64,000 bases of DNA from the human T2T-CHM13v2.0 reference genome, Homo sapiens: NCBI RefSeq assembly GCF_009914755.1, contig NC_060947.1; one strand, given 5' to 3'. Of the stretch, positions 1 through 13,252 are shown piece by piece; the stretch's first letter is position 1, and every line of letters begins with the position of its first letter. The notes under the pieces are model-generated. The model was not told where the DNA came from. It ran no database searches and was given only the letters and a program-made list of their open reading frames with translations. A program made the translations under genes and the position numbers.

Positions 1-316
1 GGATACTGGCTAGGCACTGCCTGCCATGAAGTCCATGGTGTACACCTTGAGGAACTTGGCGTCCTGGGACATGTGGCTCAGTATCTTGCTCTCCTCTTGG
101 TAGTGACATCTGCAGCCAGATGAAGTTCTTCACGCTACTCATCTGGTGGATGTATAGCTGGTGTCCACCAAGGCCATGCCTGTCGGCTCACTGGCCCTCA
201 GGATCCACAGGAAGCTCTTCTGGCTGATGACTGACACCAGGTGGCCATTGCAGGGCACAGGACAGTCATGGGCCCCCTCAATTTCTTCCCATACAGGATC
301 TGGAACTTGTTCCTGA
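1..316 (-). pseudogene. Processed pseudogene fragment derived from CPSF1 (C-terminal region); continues past the left edge
   Basis: Minus-strand translation across frameshifts gives [20 protein letters not shown] / [31 protein letters not shown] / [14 protein letters not shown] / YQEESKILSHMSQDAKFLKVYTMDFM. This matches recalled CPSF1 [93 protein letters not shown]. Frameshifts and a stop are present; no intron is visible. Confidence 0.85.
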
Positions 317-362
317 CCATATAGTAAATGTATGTTTAGTTTATTAGGAAACTGCAACACTA

Positions 363-620
<258 letters not shown>

Positions 621-639
621 AAGAAAAGTAAATTCATCA

Positions 640-1985
640 GTAAACAAAAAGACAAAAGTTCAGGCCTTCACCAAGCTTACACTAGGGAAGGGTGGAAGTA
701 CAGACAGATGAGTAATAAGATAAATAAGAATATTACATGGTATATGTAGGAGGTACATGCTATGAAAAAAAATAAGCTGTGAAGATGTACATAAGGAGAT
801 CTGGAGAGTTATAAATTAAAATAGTGTACTCAGAGAAGGCCTTGAGGGAAAGTGACACTTGAAAATGTGACCTATGAGAAAGCACTTGCAGGAAGTGAAA
901 GTTCCTGGAGGTACCTGGAGAAAGAGGATTCCAGGTCAAGGGAAAGCAAGTGGGAGAGCTCTTGGATGGAAGCATGCTGGCGTGACTGGAAACAGCTGGT
1001 GTGGTGGAAACAGTATGAGCGAGGAAGCTAGCAGTTGATGATGAGGTCAGGGAACTAACAGGGGCCCGATCATGTACAGCCAGTGGAAGGACTTTGACTT
1101 TTGCTCCTGCTTGAGCCATGGCTTGAGAGCCATGGGAGGGTTTCATAAAAAGGATGGTAGAATCTGACTTCTCTTGTAAAAGGATTGCCCAGGTTACTAT
1201 GTTAAGCAGGAAGGCAAAGATAGAAGGAGAAACAGCAGTTAGGAGGTGATTTCAGCAATGCAGGCAGATGAGAGCATGGTAGCTTGGACCAAGGTGATAA
1301 TAATGACAGTGATCAGAAGGAGTCATATTGTGCATTTATTTTCAAAGTAGCACATCGGGATTTGCTGATGGATTGGAAAAAGGTGTTAGAAAAGTCAAGA
1401 ATGACCTCTCTTGTGGCCTTAGAAACTGGGAATAATGAAGGACAAGCGAGTCTGGGGAGGGTAGAGATAAGAAGTGTCATTTTTAACATATTAAAATTTG
1501 AAATATGTACTAGGTATACAAGTGTAGAGATATTAAATAGGCAACTAGATGTACAAGTTGTAATTTAGAGAAGAGGTTTGGCCAGAGATATAAATTTGAG
1601 AGTTGATAGTAGATGGTGTTTAAAGCCATCAGATCAGATGAAATGACCAAGGGAGAGAGGAGAGATGAAGACAAGACTGATTCCTCGAGCACTCCCACCT
1701 TAGGAGATCAGGAATCCACGGAGGAACTCATAAGAAAACTAAGAAAGTAGCCATGAGATAGGAGAAAATCCAGAACAGTGTCCTGGAAACAAGTGAAGAA
1801 AAATGTTTCAAGAAGAAGAGAGAGATCAGCTGAGTTAAATTCTACTGATGGGTTAAATAAAATGAGAACAATATTACATTTGGCAATGTGGAAGTCACTG
1901 GTGTCTTTGACGAGATCCATTTTGGTAGAGTCATGGAAGATGAAAGCTTGATAAGAGTGCATTTAAAAGAAAATGGAAAAGAGGG
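640..1985 (-). mobile_element. LINE-2 (L2a-like), long fragment
   Basis: Purine-rich reverse complement of the L2 3' region (GAAGGCCT..GAAAGTGACA, AAGGACTTTGACTTTT, TTGGCAATGTGGAAGTCACTGGTG). Confidence 0.75.
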
Positions 1986-1986
1986 A

Positions 1987-3005
1987 ACTTCTGATTGTGT
2001 ACAAGATGGAATGAATGCACTCATCCCTATTCCTCCTGCTAAGAAAAACCCTGGAGATTATATGTAAAACAAACACGATGATTCTGAATGATGAAGAGAA
2101 GGCAGACCAACCAGGGACCTTGGAACCTGAGGAATGGCACAGTGCTTGAGTGCTATCAGTGGAGGCCTAATGGAGAGTTTGGATTTTCACCCTTTCCCAA
2201 TAGGAATGAGGTGCCTCTCCTGTCCCATGGTAAATACATGGTCTTCCATCTCCAACTGGAAATAACATGATGGTCCCCTTCCTGGCAGGGTATCTGAGAA
2301 GGCCAGTTAAAACAGAAGATTTAAATAAGATCCAGAGTCTCATTGCATAACACCTAATATGTCCAGGATACAAACAAAAATCACTTGTCATAACAAGAAC
2401 CAGAAGAATCTCAAATTTAAAAAAATCAACAGCCATCAAAACCTATGTGACACAGATGTTGGGATTATATTACAAGGATTTTAAAGCATCCAACATAAGA
2501 ACGCTTCAAAGAGCAATTATGACCAGACTTGAGTGAAAAAATAGAATGATGAGTGAAATAAATAGAAAAATGAGTGAAAAAATAGAAAATTTCAGCAAAG
2601 AAGTGATATAAAGGAGAACCAATCGGAAAGTTTATAACCAAAAAATACAATAACTAAACTTTGAAAACTCATTGGATGGGCTCAACAGCAGAATGGAGAA
2701 TATGGAGGAAACAATGATAGAACTAGATGATAAGACAGTAGAAATAACCTAGTTTGAACAACAGACAGAAATAGACTGGGAAAAAAAAAAAAAAGATGAA
2801 CAGAGCCTGTGGAACTATAACAACAGATATAGCATTCATGTTACAGGAGACCCAGCAGGAGAGAAGAAAAAAGTGTGGTGCTGAAAATGTATTTGAAGAA
2901 ATCATGACAAAAATTTTCCAAAATTTGAGAAAAGACAACTTACAGATTCAATAACTGACCAAACCCCTAGCAGAATAAACCCCAAGAAACCCAGGCCAAG
3001 ATACA
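1987..3005 (+). mobile_element. Old L1M 5'UTR/ORF1 fragment
   Basis: ORF1-like A-rich text (AAAACTCATTGGATGGGCTCAACAGCAGAATGG, GAAGAAATCATGACAAAAATTTTCCAAAATTTG) with a small tandem duplication at 2530-2590. Confidence 0.7.
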
Positions 3006-3396
3006 GAGTTTTCTGTACCTGGAACAGTGAATGGCACACAGTAAGTGTTCAGCACATAAATAAATGCATATATCACTTAACTCAGGTTATGGTGTCCCAG
3101 TACTATTGGCAGTGGCCACTTAAATCTACATAGGCTTGGAGTCATAAAGATTTATTTTAAATTTTAATTATTTTATCTGCATTATATTTTAGAGTTAACT
3201 TATCTACTCTTGTATCTATTGTTAGATTACAGAGGTTGCCAGGATAACAGATCAACAATAACAAAAAATAGAATATATTCTTGTCAAACTTTATCCAGTT
3301 TAGTAAATCACTATTCTACATAATCTAAAGGGTATTCAAAGTGACTACAAAATGGATTTAAAAATGAGATAATCTGGTCAAGAAAAAAATAAAATG

Positions 3397-3558
3397 GAAC
3401 AGTATGAGCAAGGAAGAGAGTAGTTGGTGATGAGGTCAGAGAACTAACAGGGGGCCCGATCATGCATAGCTGTGTACATGGAAGTCTTAAGGTAAGGACT
3501 TTGACTTTTGCTCTTGCTTGAGCCATGGCTTGGGAGCCACGGGAGGGTTTCAGATAGG
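3397..3558 (-). repeat. Local copy of the L2 segment at 1005-1146, flanked by a 12-bp direct repeat
   Basis: Near-identical text to 1005-1146 (also visible as duplicated KPS(H/R)GSQAMAQA(G/R)AKVKVL in the ORF track); AAAAATAAAATG at 3385-3396 and 3559-3570. Confidence 0.8.
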
Positions 3559-3747
3559 AAAAATAAAATGAAACTAGAGGTGAGTTTAATATAAAATGCA
3601 ATCTGTAAAATCCTGTTCACTTGCCGGGGGTGGGGAATACCAAATATTTGGCTCCAAGCTTTCTAGCAGCCAATGCAAAAAAAGAAATAAAGGGCATGAT
3701 TCCTACGGAGAGCAAAGCCTCTTCCTAGAGCCATGTTCCCTGCTCTA

Positions 3748-3761
3748 CCAGTAGATGGCGC
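3748..3761 (+). promoter_or_regulatory. Candidate CTCF site
   Basis: CCAGTAGATGGCGC fits the CTCF core CCASYAGRKGGCRS at every position. Confidence 0.6.
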
Positions 3762-4365
3762 ACATTCCATGTGATGAGGATTAAGGAGCAAACTCTTCAA
3801 GGCAGGGCTTCTAAACTGAGCCTAAAATTAATATCAATCATTCTTTCTGAACTACGTGCCTGGCTATTTAATTCACCATATAGTTCTTAGTGCAGCTTTG
3901 GGAGAATTTGCTATTATCTCCTTTAAAGATAAGGAGACAGGATTACAGGTAAAACTGGCTCAAGCCCAGATTTGAGTCTCTACTCTTTCTATTGCACCAG
4001 GCAGGCAACTTGCTATTATTTGGAAAACCTAAGGCAGGTTTTACTCTAATTGGTGGGACTCTTTGACTGGGAGGCTTTCTTAGTGCCACTGCCACAAGAT
4101 GCAGTAAGAGTCGGAGGCGAATTTGGGGTTCTGACATAAAGTAGCTGTTTCAGATCAGGGAAATCGTTTAATCCGCGTGACTCAACTTCCTCTTCTGCCA
4201 AATGGGAATGACAAAATCTGCTCCACTTAACTCTGGAAGTGGTGTGAGGATAGCAGAGGGAAATAGATGTGAAAACACAAAGTAGAAAACATTCTATAGG
4301 AATGCTGTATTAAACCCAAGATTTATCGAATTCCTACAATGAGCTGGGTGCTGCGGTAGTCCTGT

Positions 4366-4661
4366 CAGGTGGTATTATTCAAAGTGTGGTCCATGGCCCA
4401 CTGCTGGTCCACAAACTGTTTGTTGTTGGTTTGAATCGAATGGGATAAAATGGAAAGAAAGTGTTCCAAAACCTTAACAATTTGTCAGAGTAATTTTATG
4501 TCTGTTGAATATAATCATGAAAGAGTTGCACTTGTATTTTGTGTTTTTGTTTTTATTTCATTTTTCTAGTAATTTATTGGTATTGTATTTTATAAAAGTA
4601 TTGATACACGATATATTTTAGGGAAAATGAGTTTTTCCTATGAATAGTTTGAAAAGCACTG
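4366..4661. mobile_element. hAT-Charlie non-autonomous DNA transposon (Charlie4-like)
   Basis: TTCAAAGTGTGGTCC...AAACTGTTTGTT start and ATAGTTTGAAAAGCACTG end. Confidence 0.6.
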
Positions 4662-4908
4662 CTGTAAGGAATATAAAGTAAAATATAGGACATGGGCCTG
4701 CCATCAAGGAGCTTGCAGGCTAGTTGGTGAACAGGTAGCAGAGTGGTTCAGAGACGCCACTACCACTATTCCACTGTGCTTTAACTCCTCTATGGAACAG
4801 AAGTCTATACAGAGCTGAGGAACTTACAAGTGAAAGATCTTCAAATCCTCAAAAACATTCCCTAAACAAACCCTCATATCTGCTGCCATAGAATAGTAGC
4901 AACTCTAG

Positions 4909-5347
<439 letters not shown>

Positions 5348-5471
5348 TAAAGATATATAATTGAATGGGTAATACACATCCATGGCACAAAATTGAGAAG
5401 GTGCATAGCTCTACATCCACATACTGTATTGTAGAGAATTTTGCATATAAGTACATAAAAAAGTTTTCTCA

Positions 5472-5818
<347 letters not shown>

Positions 5819-6089
5819 TGATCAGTCCCCTATTGAGGGACATCTGGTTGCTTCCCAGTTTTTATTATTACAAACAATGCTACAGTGAATAACCTCGTTC
5901 ATATAACATTTTACACCCATGCAAACATAACTGAAGGAAATATTTCTGGAAATTAAATTTTGGGATCAAAGTCTCATATATTCTTAATTTTTATAGTTAT
6001 TGCAAAATTGCCCTCAATTGACTAATTGCACTCCCACCAACAATTTATGAGAGGACTTACCCTCCCACCCCTGCTTTGTCAACACAGTG

Positions 6090-6426
<337 letters not shown>

Positions 6427-7444
6427 TAAAACTTTGCCAGTGGTATCTCATGGTAGCTTTCATTAGCATTTCTCCAGTTATGAGGTTGGCTATCCATTTT
6501 TGGTATAGAAGCCATTTGTTAATTTTGATACCCTGCTCTCCAGGCACAGGGCAATTACAAATGACTTCAGATCACTTTATCATCAGCATTTCCTAACCTA
6601 CTGTTTTGATAGATCCCCTGAGCTAGAGAACTTTGTTCATTTTCTTTTATTCTGCCCCATTTTTTGTTCTAGAACTATCCCAGGCATTTCTTAGGCACTC
6701 GGGAAATTTTACTTTAAAATCAGTATTTCTAGCGGCTAGCACAATGGCTAGCATAATAGTAAGGGCTCAAAAAATGTGAAACAAATAAATAAGAACCATA
6801 CAAGAAACATTCACTTACCACTCTACATGGCTACGTACTCATCTAACTGTCTCTATTTGCAATGCCAATTTTAAAATGAAAGTTAAAGCTGCATTTAGAC
6901 ATGATAGTTTAGATGTCACTGTGGTCTATTGTTCTAAAGCTTTTTCTTTTGCAATATTAAGTCTGAAGTGCTACCTTTTGTTATACAGAGAAATTCCGTT
7001 TTTTTTTAATAAGCTTTAAGATCACAATGTATTTACTCTTTGCTCTGTAAGACCTGAAATGGCTCTTGACCTGTTAACAGTTTGTTGACCATCATGGGAG
7101 GTGGGGTGGGAACATCTTTTCAATTTTGTCCAGGGTAGGGGGAGGAGAGCAGAGGACTCATTATGTTGATCTATCTTCACTCTCTTGGCCAAACCCACTC
7201 ACTTCCATGGGCACAAACACATGGGACACCTGGCTGGATTTCTGTAGAGAGTGGTCTGAGCCATGGGAAAGAAAACAAGTTAACAGTCAGAATCTGTACC
7301 TCTTGATTGAACTGTTAATTTTGCCACATTAGCACCACACTCTCACCACTTCGCTTGGGAAGGTATTGTACAGACATTTATACTCACCACACAAATAGCT
7401 TCCGAAAAACTTGGGGATCCAAAGGCTGAAGGAGCCTTGTTCAT

Positions 7445-7665
7445 TATCATCATTATCATTATCAATAGTAATACAAGCTAGCATTTATTGAGTGCTTAAT
7501 CTGTTCTAACTGTTCTACACCTGTTAATACATTTACTCCTATTATCCCATTTTATAGGTAAGAAACCCGAAACAGTGAAGTTAGATAACTTGAACAAGGT
7601 GACACAGCTAGTAAGCGTCTGAGTATGGTTGGCTTTGAGCCCAGGCAGTCTGGCTCTGGAGCTCA
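7445..7665 (-). mobile_element. MIR
   Basis: CCCATTTTATAGGTAAGAAACCCGAAACAG..AACTTGAACAAGGTGACACAGCTAGTAAG MIR core. Confidence 0.75.
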
Positions 7666-8044
7666 CTCTGTTTTGTTTTGCAATTCGCAAAAGATAAAAT
7701 GTTCTTTTTTTGAAATGCACATTTTTTGGGGGGAGGGGGAGATTTCGTCCCCCAACTGGAGCCCTCCAAGCTGTCATCGGTCAGTGGCGACACCAAGTGG
7801 TAAACTGGGTGTACTGCAGCCCTTTTATAACTCCCAATTCCCCCCAATTCCTTGCTCCCTCCCAACCCCTCCTACTCGCTCCCCAGCTCTCCCAAATAAA
7901 CCTGTATGTACTTTAAGTAAAGCCAATATGTTTGCTCTGCAGAGGCAGTTTCGTGACATGTCTCCTTCCAACCAGACTGCCATCCTTCAAACCGTTTTTT
8001 CCTGTATCAGAGGAAGAGGTGTCCGAGGTTAGTTTGTGTTTTGA

Positions 8045-8517
<473 letters not shown>

Positions 8518-8888
8518 TGAACAATTACTCTAGATTCACCTTTTAAAAGATGAATTCCAAAAGAGGATTGCCTTGCTCAGAAACCTCAATTCTTTCTCAG
8601 TCACTTTTTGAATTAGGTATAAATCTTAGTCCAATATTCAGGATGCTCCAAAATTGGGCCCCAATTTACCTTCTGGGTATTATCTTCCACAATTCCCCTG
8701 TACTTCCTTACCCTAAACTTCAACCACATAGGACTACTCACGGGTCCTCACATATAACTTCCTGCCTGCTCACCTTTGCCAACGGTGTTACCTCCACTTG
8801 GATTTACCTTTATTAGAGGCCTGTACTGATATTTTCTAGTTATTTGTGGCTATCCCATACACCATGAGTGCCTGAAGGAAGGGACTGA

Positions 8889-9560
8889 ATGTTACCAGCT
8901 CAGAAAGCAAAAAAATTTTGGACTGAAAAAATAAAAATCCGGCCATTCATCAGGCCGGAATAACACACAGATAAAACCAGATGCAAATTTAACAGAGAAC
9001 AATATTTCTTTGGCGGACATATTGCAGCTGTAAAGTGGTAACGATGTTTTTATTTCAGTGACCACCACTTTTTTATTCACTGAGAGACTTTGTTCTCTAA
9101 AATCGTAGATTATCAGAAACTTTTCTGCTTGAAATCGTATCAGTAAGAATGAAACATCCCACATGCATCTGGAGGACATAAGTTTCTTTGACACAGAGAA
9201 GCAGCCTCAATTTCCAACCCAGGTGCAGAGCTTCAGATAAGGGGTATCTGGACACAACATTCCACATCTATCTTTATTTTGTGGTTCCCAAGGAAACACA
9301 ACTCTGGGTTCACTTTGCAGTTCAGACCTGATGGTGACCCCAAATGACAGTACTGCTTTGCTTTGAGCTTACCAAAAACACTGCTTTGTTTAAAATTCAC
9401 CTAAACTCCACTCTTCTCTCCAATCCTATAATGACTCCATGTTTTTCTGTTTGATGAAATGCCTACCGTGTGCAGTCTCTCATATTGCAATGGGTCAAAG
9501 CCTGACTATGTCGGATTACAAATTTGTCCCCGGTAGCCTTATGCTGATTGGGCTAGGATA
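8889..9560 (+). mobile_element. Solo ERV LTR (MER67-like, tentative)
   Basis: Starts TGTTA; ~670 bp of non-SINE/LINE text ending GCTGATTGGGCTAGGATA, which resembles MER67-type LTR ends. Confidence 0.5.
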
Positions 9561-9629
9561 GGGGTTTTTAAATCCCTGACCACTTAGCTTGTCCAAAGTA
9601 GGCATTCCAAATTGTTCACTGCAGTAGAG

Positions 9630-10200
9630 TACCCTGGTTCTAGTTAGATTACTTGGATTATATGGATTCCAGTCTCAGGTCTGCCAAGAACTAATTAGCT
9701 GGATCATCTTAAGTGAGTCAGTGCACCCCATTTGGCCTAAGTTTTCTCTTCTGCAAAACGGTGTGCTGTTTCTTTCAAACCTAGGGTAAGGGCTTTGGAG
9801 TAAGTTAGACCTAGGTTGGATTCCCAGTTCTACCACGTACTAGTCCTGTGACTTCAGCTTTTCTGAGCCTCTGTTTTGTAATGATTAATATGGAGATAAT
9901 ACAGTACTAACAACTGCAGTATAGTTTTTGCAGCGTTGCTGGAAACATCAAGTTGGCTGTTAAAAGTATCACTACGTTTGATCACTATTCCTATTCCTAC
10001 TATTATATGAGTTTAGACAAGTTACTTAACCTTTCTGTGCCTGTGTATTTTTATGAGTAAAAATGGAGAAATAACCCTCGGGGTTATTGTGAACACCAAA
10101 TGAGACGAAAAAAGTAAAGGGGTTAGGAGAGTGCCTGGCACATAAGAAGCAGCTCAAATTATGTGATCTAATGTTATTAGTATTAGATTTCTACTACTAA
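9630..10200 (+). mobile_element. Cluster of MIR fragments upstream of the promoter
   Basis: Repeated MIR cores (AAGTTACTTAACCTTTCTGTGCCT, AGACCTAGGTTGGATTCCCAG). Confidence 0.65.
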
Positions 10201-10529
10201 TTACTCTGTGGGCCGAAAGCTCAGGATAGACAGTTTCATTCTAAGGACAAACCTTCTCCCCAGCAAAAAAAGGCACTGCAAGCTGGAAATAGTGAAACAC
10301 AATGGGGCATTGCGTTTTCAAAGGCAACTGACACGCCCAGCACTGGGATAGGACCCGCCCGCCCAGTCCTCATTAAATATGGCAGCGAGCGGGGCCGACG
10401 TACTGCGGCTGCGCAAGTTGAAACTCCTCCTGGCAGCTCCTCCCCGGCGGGCCTCCCCTCATCTCGGCTGGGTAGAGGTGCCGGGTGTGAGCTCGGCGTG
10501 GCGCGCACGCGCAGACGCTGGCTGGGCTG

Positions 10530-10730
10530 AGCCGATACTCGCGAGGCGCCCTGTCACATGAGCCGCGCGCCCGCTTCGCTCCCCCTCCTCCCCGGCTGGG
10601 CTGTGTGAATGAAGCTCTGCCGGCTACGTGGGGCGCTCACTCAACTTGGTGTCCTGGACGCCAGAGCCGACCGAGCGCGCTGCCCACCGGCGGCGGACAC
10701 GGGCTCCGCCGCTCCGGACCTCGGCGACAG
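10530..10730 (+). other. CLCN5: CLCN5 exon 1 (5' UTR; start approximate)
   Basis: Donor GACAG|GTAAAG at 10730/10731 within the CpG island; the TSS cannot be fixed from sequence alone. Confidence 0.75.
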
Positions 10731-11344
10731 GTAAAGGCAAACGGGCTGTCCCTTCCCCAACAGGTCCTTGGCGGGCCGCTGGCCCCCGGCCCACCCCCGG
10801 AGCACCCCCTAAGCGCAGCGACACAGGGGAAGCGCAATCCCGCTGGCTTGGACCCCCGGAGATGGGGCTTCCCCGCGCCCGGCGTTGGCAGCCCGGCGCT
10901 TAGAGGAGGTAGACAGGCTAGTTCCAGCCAGTGCTGAGCGGCGTCTTCCCGGGAGCCCAGCCCTGTTCTCCGAGTTATGGTCCCTGGGTTGCCCGAGCGA
11001 AGTTTCCTTGCGGAGCGGCGCCAAGCCCGCCCCGCTTTTGAATCGGAGTGTTTAGCCGCCTGCGTCCCCTTTCCCGGACTGGGGTAGGGTGACTTAGGCT
11101 GGCAAAGCTCAGCCGAGGCCCGGCTCTTCTCCCTCCGGCTCTGGACTTGCCGCTGGTTTTGTATGGGTCTTAGCAAAGTGGAGAAACTCTCGGAAAAGTA
11201 GTTGCTGCGCTGTTTTCCTTTTGCCACTTAACGCGCGTAGCTGGTTCTCTCCAGACTTTCGAGCCTTGCTCTTGAGCGCCTTGATCCACACGGGAAAAGC
11301 TTTGCCTTTACATTGACGCACGTTTCCTTTGATTAACATTTCAG

Positions 11345-11420
11345 AGCAAATCAGTTGCCTGGAGTTCCCAGTGAAGTTGTACCTGTGCCCGTGCGATAAC
11401 GTCAGTGGAAGCTGCCCCGA
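11345..11420 (+). other. CLCN5: CLCN5 exon 2 (5' UTR, 76 nt)
   Basis: Acceptor TTTCCTTTGATTAACATTTCAG| and consensus donor CGA|GTAAGT. Confidence 0.75.
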
Positions 11421-12083
11421 GTAAGTGAGGGAAATCTAGAAGTTTGGAGCATAAAAAACCAGCACGAATCAACTTTACATAAACTTCATACATTTATTAG
11501 CAACTGCTCGGGTTTAACTTCAGGGATGTTAAATTTCGCCTAGTCCCACGGGACGATGATCATTACTTCTTAACTGCACGCGAAATAGGAGAAGAAAAAA
11601 GGCAAATCAAAACAGACTGTCCCAGGTCTCAGAGAAGTCATCGGAGCGCTTTTTCCTGCTGAATTCACCCTAGGAGTTTGTGAGTTCCTAGTTTTCTTGG
11701 ACTTCGCGAACTTTTCCTTGTCCAAAGCACTGTCTTTTCTCTGTTGGTGTTTTGGGACTGGTGTACACATTAACCCTTTTGTCATTAAAGAAGGCCAACA
11801 CGATTCTCAAGCTAGTATTAGCCTTCAGTGTTTGTGCTTTAGCACTTTCACTTAGGAGGTGGAGGTGTTGGTTGTATAAAAGATATGGAAATAACAATCT
11901 ACTTTGATGTTCACCAGGTCAAAAAGGTGAAGACTTTTAGAAAAAACAGATTGGCTTGTATGCTAAGTAGGGAAGACCAGTTTATTAACTGAGATCTTGT
12001 TTAAATGGGCAAGCAGAGTGTTAAGCCTCTAAGTCAAACTAAGTCGTCAGACCTCTCATTTTTTCTCCCATTCCTAGCTCCTA

Positions 12084-12392
12084 TTTTTTTTTTTTTTTTT
12101 GGTTTGAGCCGGCTCTCGTTCTGTCGCCCAGGCTGGAGTGCAGTGGCACAATCTTGGCTCACTGCAACCTCCGCCTCCCTCCCGGGTTCAAGCGATTCTC
12201 CTGCCTCAGCCTTCCGAGTAGCTGGGATTACAGGCGTCACTTGTAATTATAGTGCACCGCCATACCTGGCTAATTTTTGTATTTTTAGTAGAGACGGGGT
12301 TTCACCATGTTGGCCAGGCTGGTCTCGAACTGACCTCAGGTGATCCGCCTGCTTCGGCCTCCCAAAGTGCTGGGATTACACCGCACCCGGCC
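12084..12392 (-). mobile_element. AluS
   Basis: Dimer; TSD CCTA(G/A)CTCCT; small internal insertion near 12237-12252. Confidence 0.9.
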
Positions 12393-13108
12393 CCTAACTC
12401 CTTTAATATCTTTGCAAATATTGTCCTAGGACTGGATTTGAAGTTTTAACAACAGGAATTAGCTGAATTAATTTGGTTTTCTTTAAACTGGTATTCCATT
12501 TTTACATTTTTCTTCTTCTTTGGTTCATTTTCCCCCTGATTATAAAAGCAATATACGCTCACTATAGGAAATTTGCAAAGGGTGGGAAAGTATAATGACA
12601 CAAGGAGAGAGAACTACTACTCAAAGGGTATCATCACTCTTCACTTTTTATTCCGCTTCCTTTTTTTTCCCCTATACAAGATCTGTTTCCAAACTTTATT
12701 CATAAACTTTCCTCTCCTTCTACTGATTTTTAAATGTAAAGTTGGGTATTTTGGGGGTTGGTTAGGGCACTGGATATTAATGTTGCTCTTCAGTCTCCAA
12801 AGCATGAAACTTCAAGGTAGGAAAGGTGCTTAACGGTGATTTCATCCAGCAACTCATCAACTGAGACTCAGACCTCATTTACTGAAGCTCTAATGATTCA
12901 TGCAGAAATGTATAGCACTGAGTGGCAACATTAACTCACTCCAGATCTCTCTCTCTTCAGAGATACCTTGCTGCTTAGAGGGAAACTTGACACTACCCAT
13001 GCCTGCATATCTTTGAAAGAGAGGTTCAGAGAGGAGCAGGAGATAATTTTCAAGCATTTGAAGTGTATAGTTTCTTTTAGGTATTCATTTTTCTGTTTAC
13101 ATTTTCAG

Positions 13109-13252
13109 GTTTGGGGCTTTAGCCCCTTGGAGAAAACAGGGCCACATAGCTGCCTTTCTATCAAGTCTCCCTACAAAACTGAGAGGCTCTGGGAAACTCA
13201 GCCTGTGACCCCAGCGTGGGTGAAGATAGGATCAAGATGGCCATGTGGCAGG
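13109..13252 (+). other. CLCN5: CLCN5 exon 3 (144 nt: 128 nt UTR + 16 nt coding)
   Basis: Acceptor TTCTGTTTACATTTTCAG| at 13108/13109; donor AGG|GTAAGA at 13252/13253. Confidence 0.88.
13237..13252 (+). CDS. CLCN5: First 16 coding nt of the H+/Cl- exchange transporter ClC-5 long isoform (MAMWQ-G, phase-1 intron)
   Basis: AAGATGG is a strong Kozak context; ATG GCC ATG TGG CAG G matches the recalled long-isoform N-terminus MAMWQGAMDNRGFQQ..; the rest of the CDS lies outside the window. Confidence 0.88.

Larger units (their letters stand above)
10330..11420 (+). promoter_or_regulatory. CLCN5: CpG-island promoter of the CLCN5 long isoforms
   Basis: GC- and CpG-dense ~1.1 kb; GC box CCCGCCC (~10354); NRF1-like GCGCACGCGCA (~10503-10513); directly upstream of exons that splice to the MAMWQG exon. 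Confidence 0.88.

Noticed and set aside
10236-11339. Several 60-196 aa ORFs on both strands in the CpG island
   Set aside because: Expected from stop-codon scarcity in GC-rich DNA; most start at non-ATG codons, cross splice sites, and resemble no known protein
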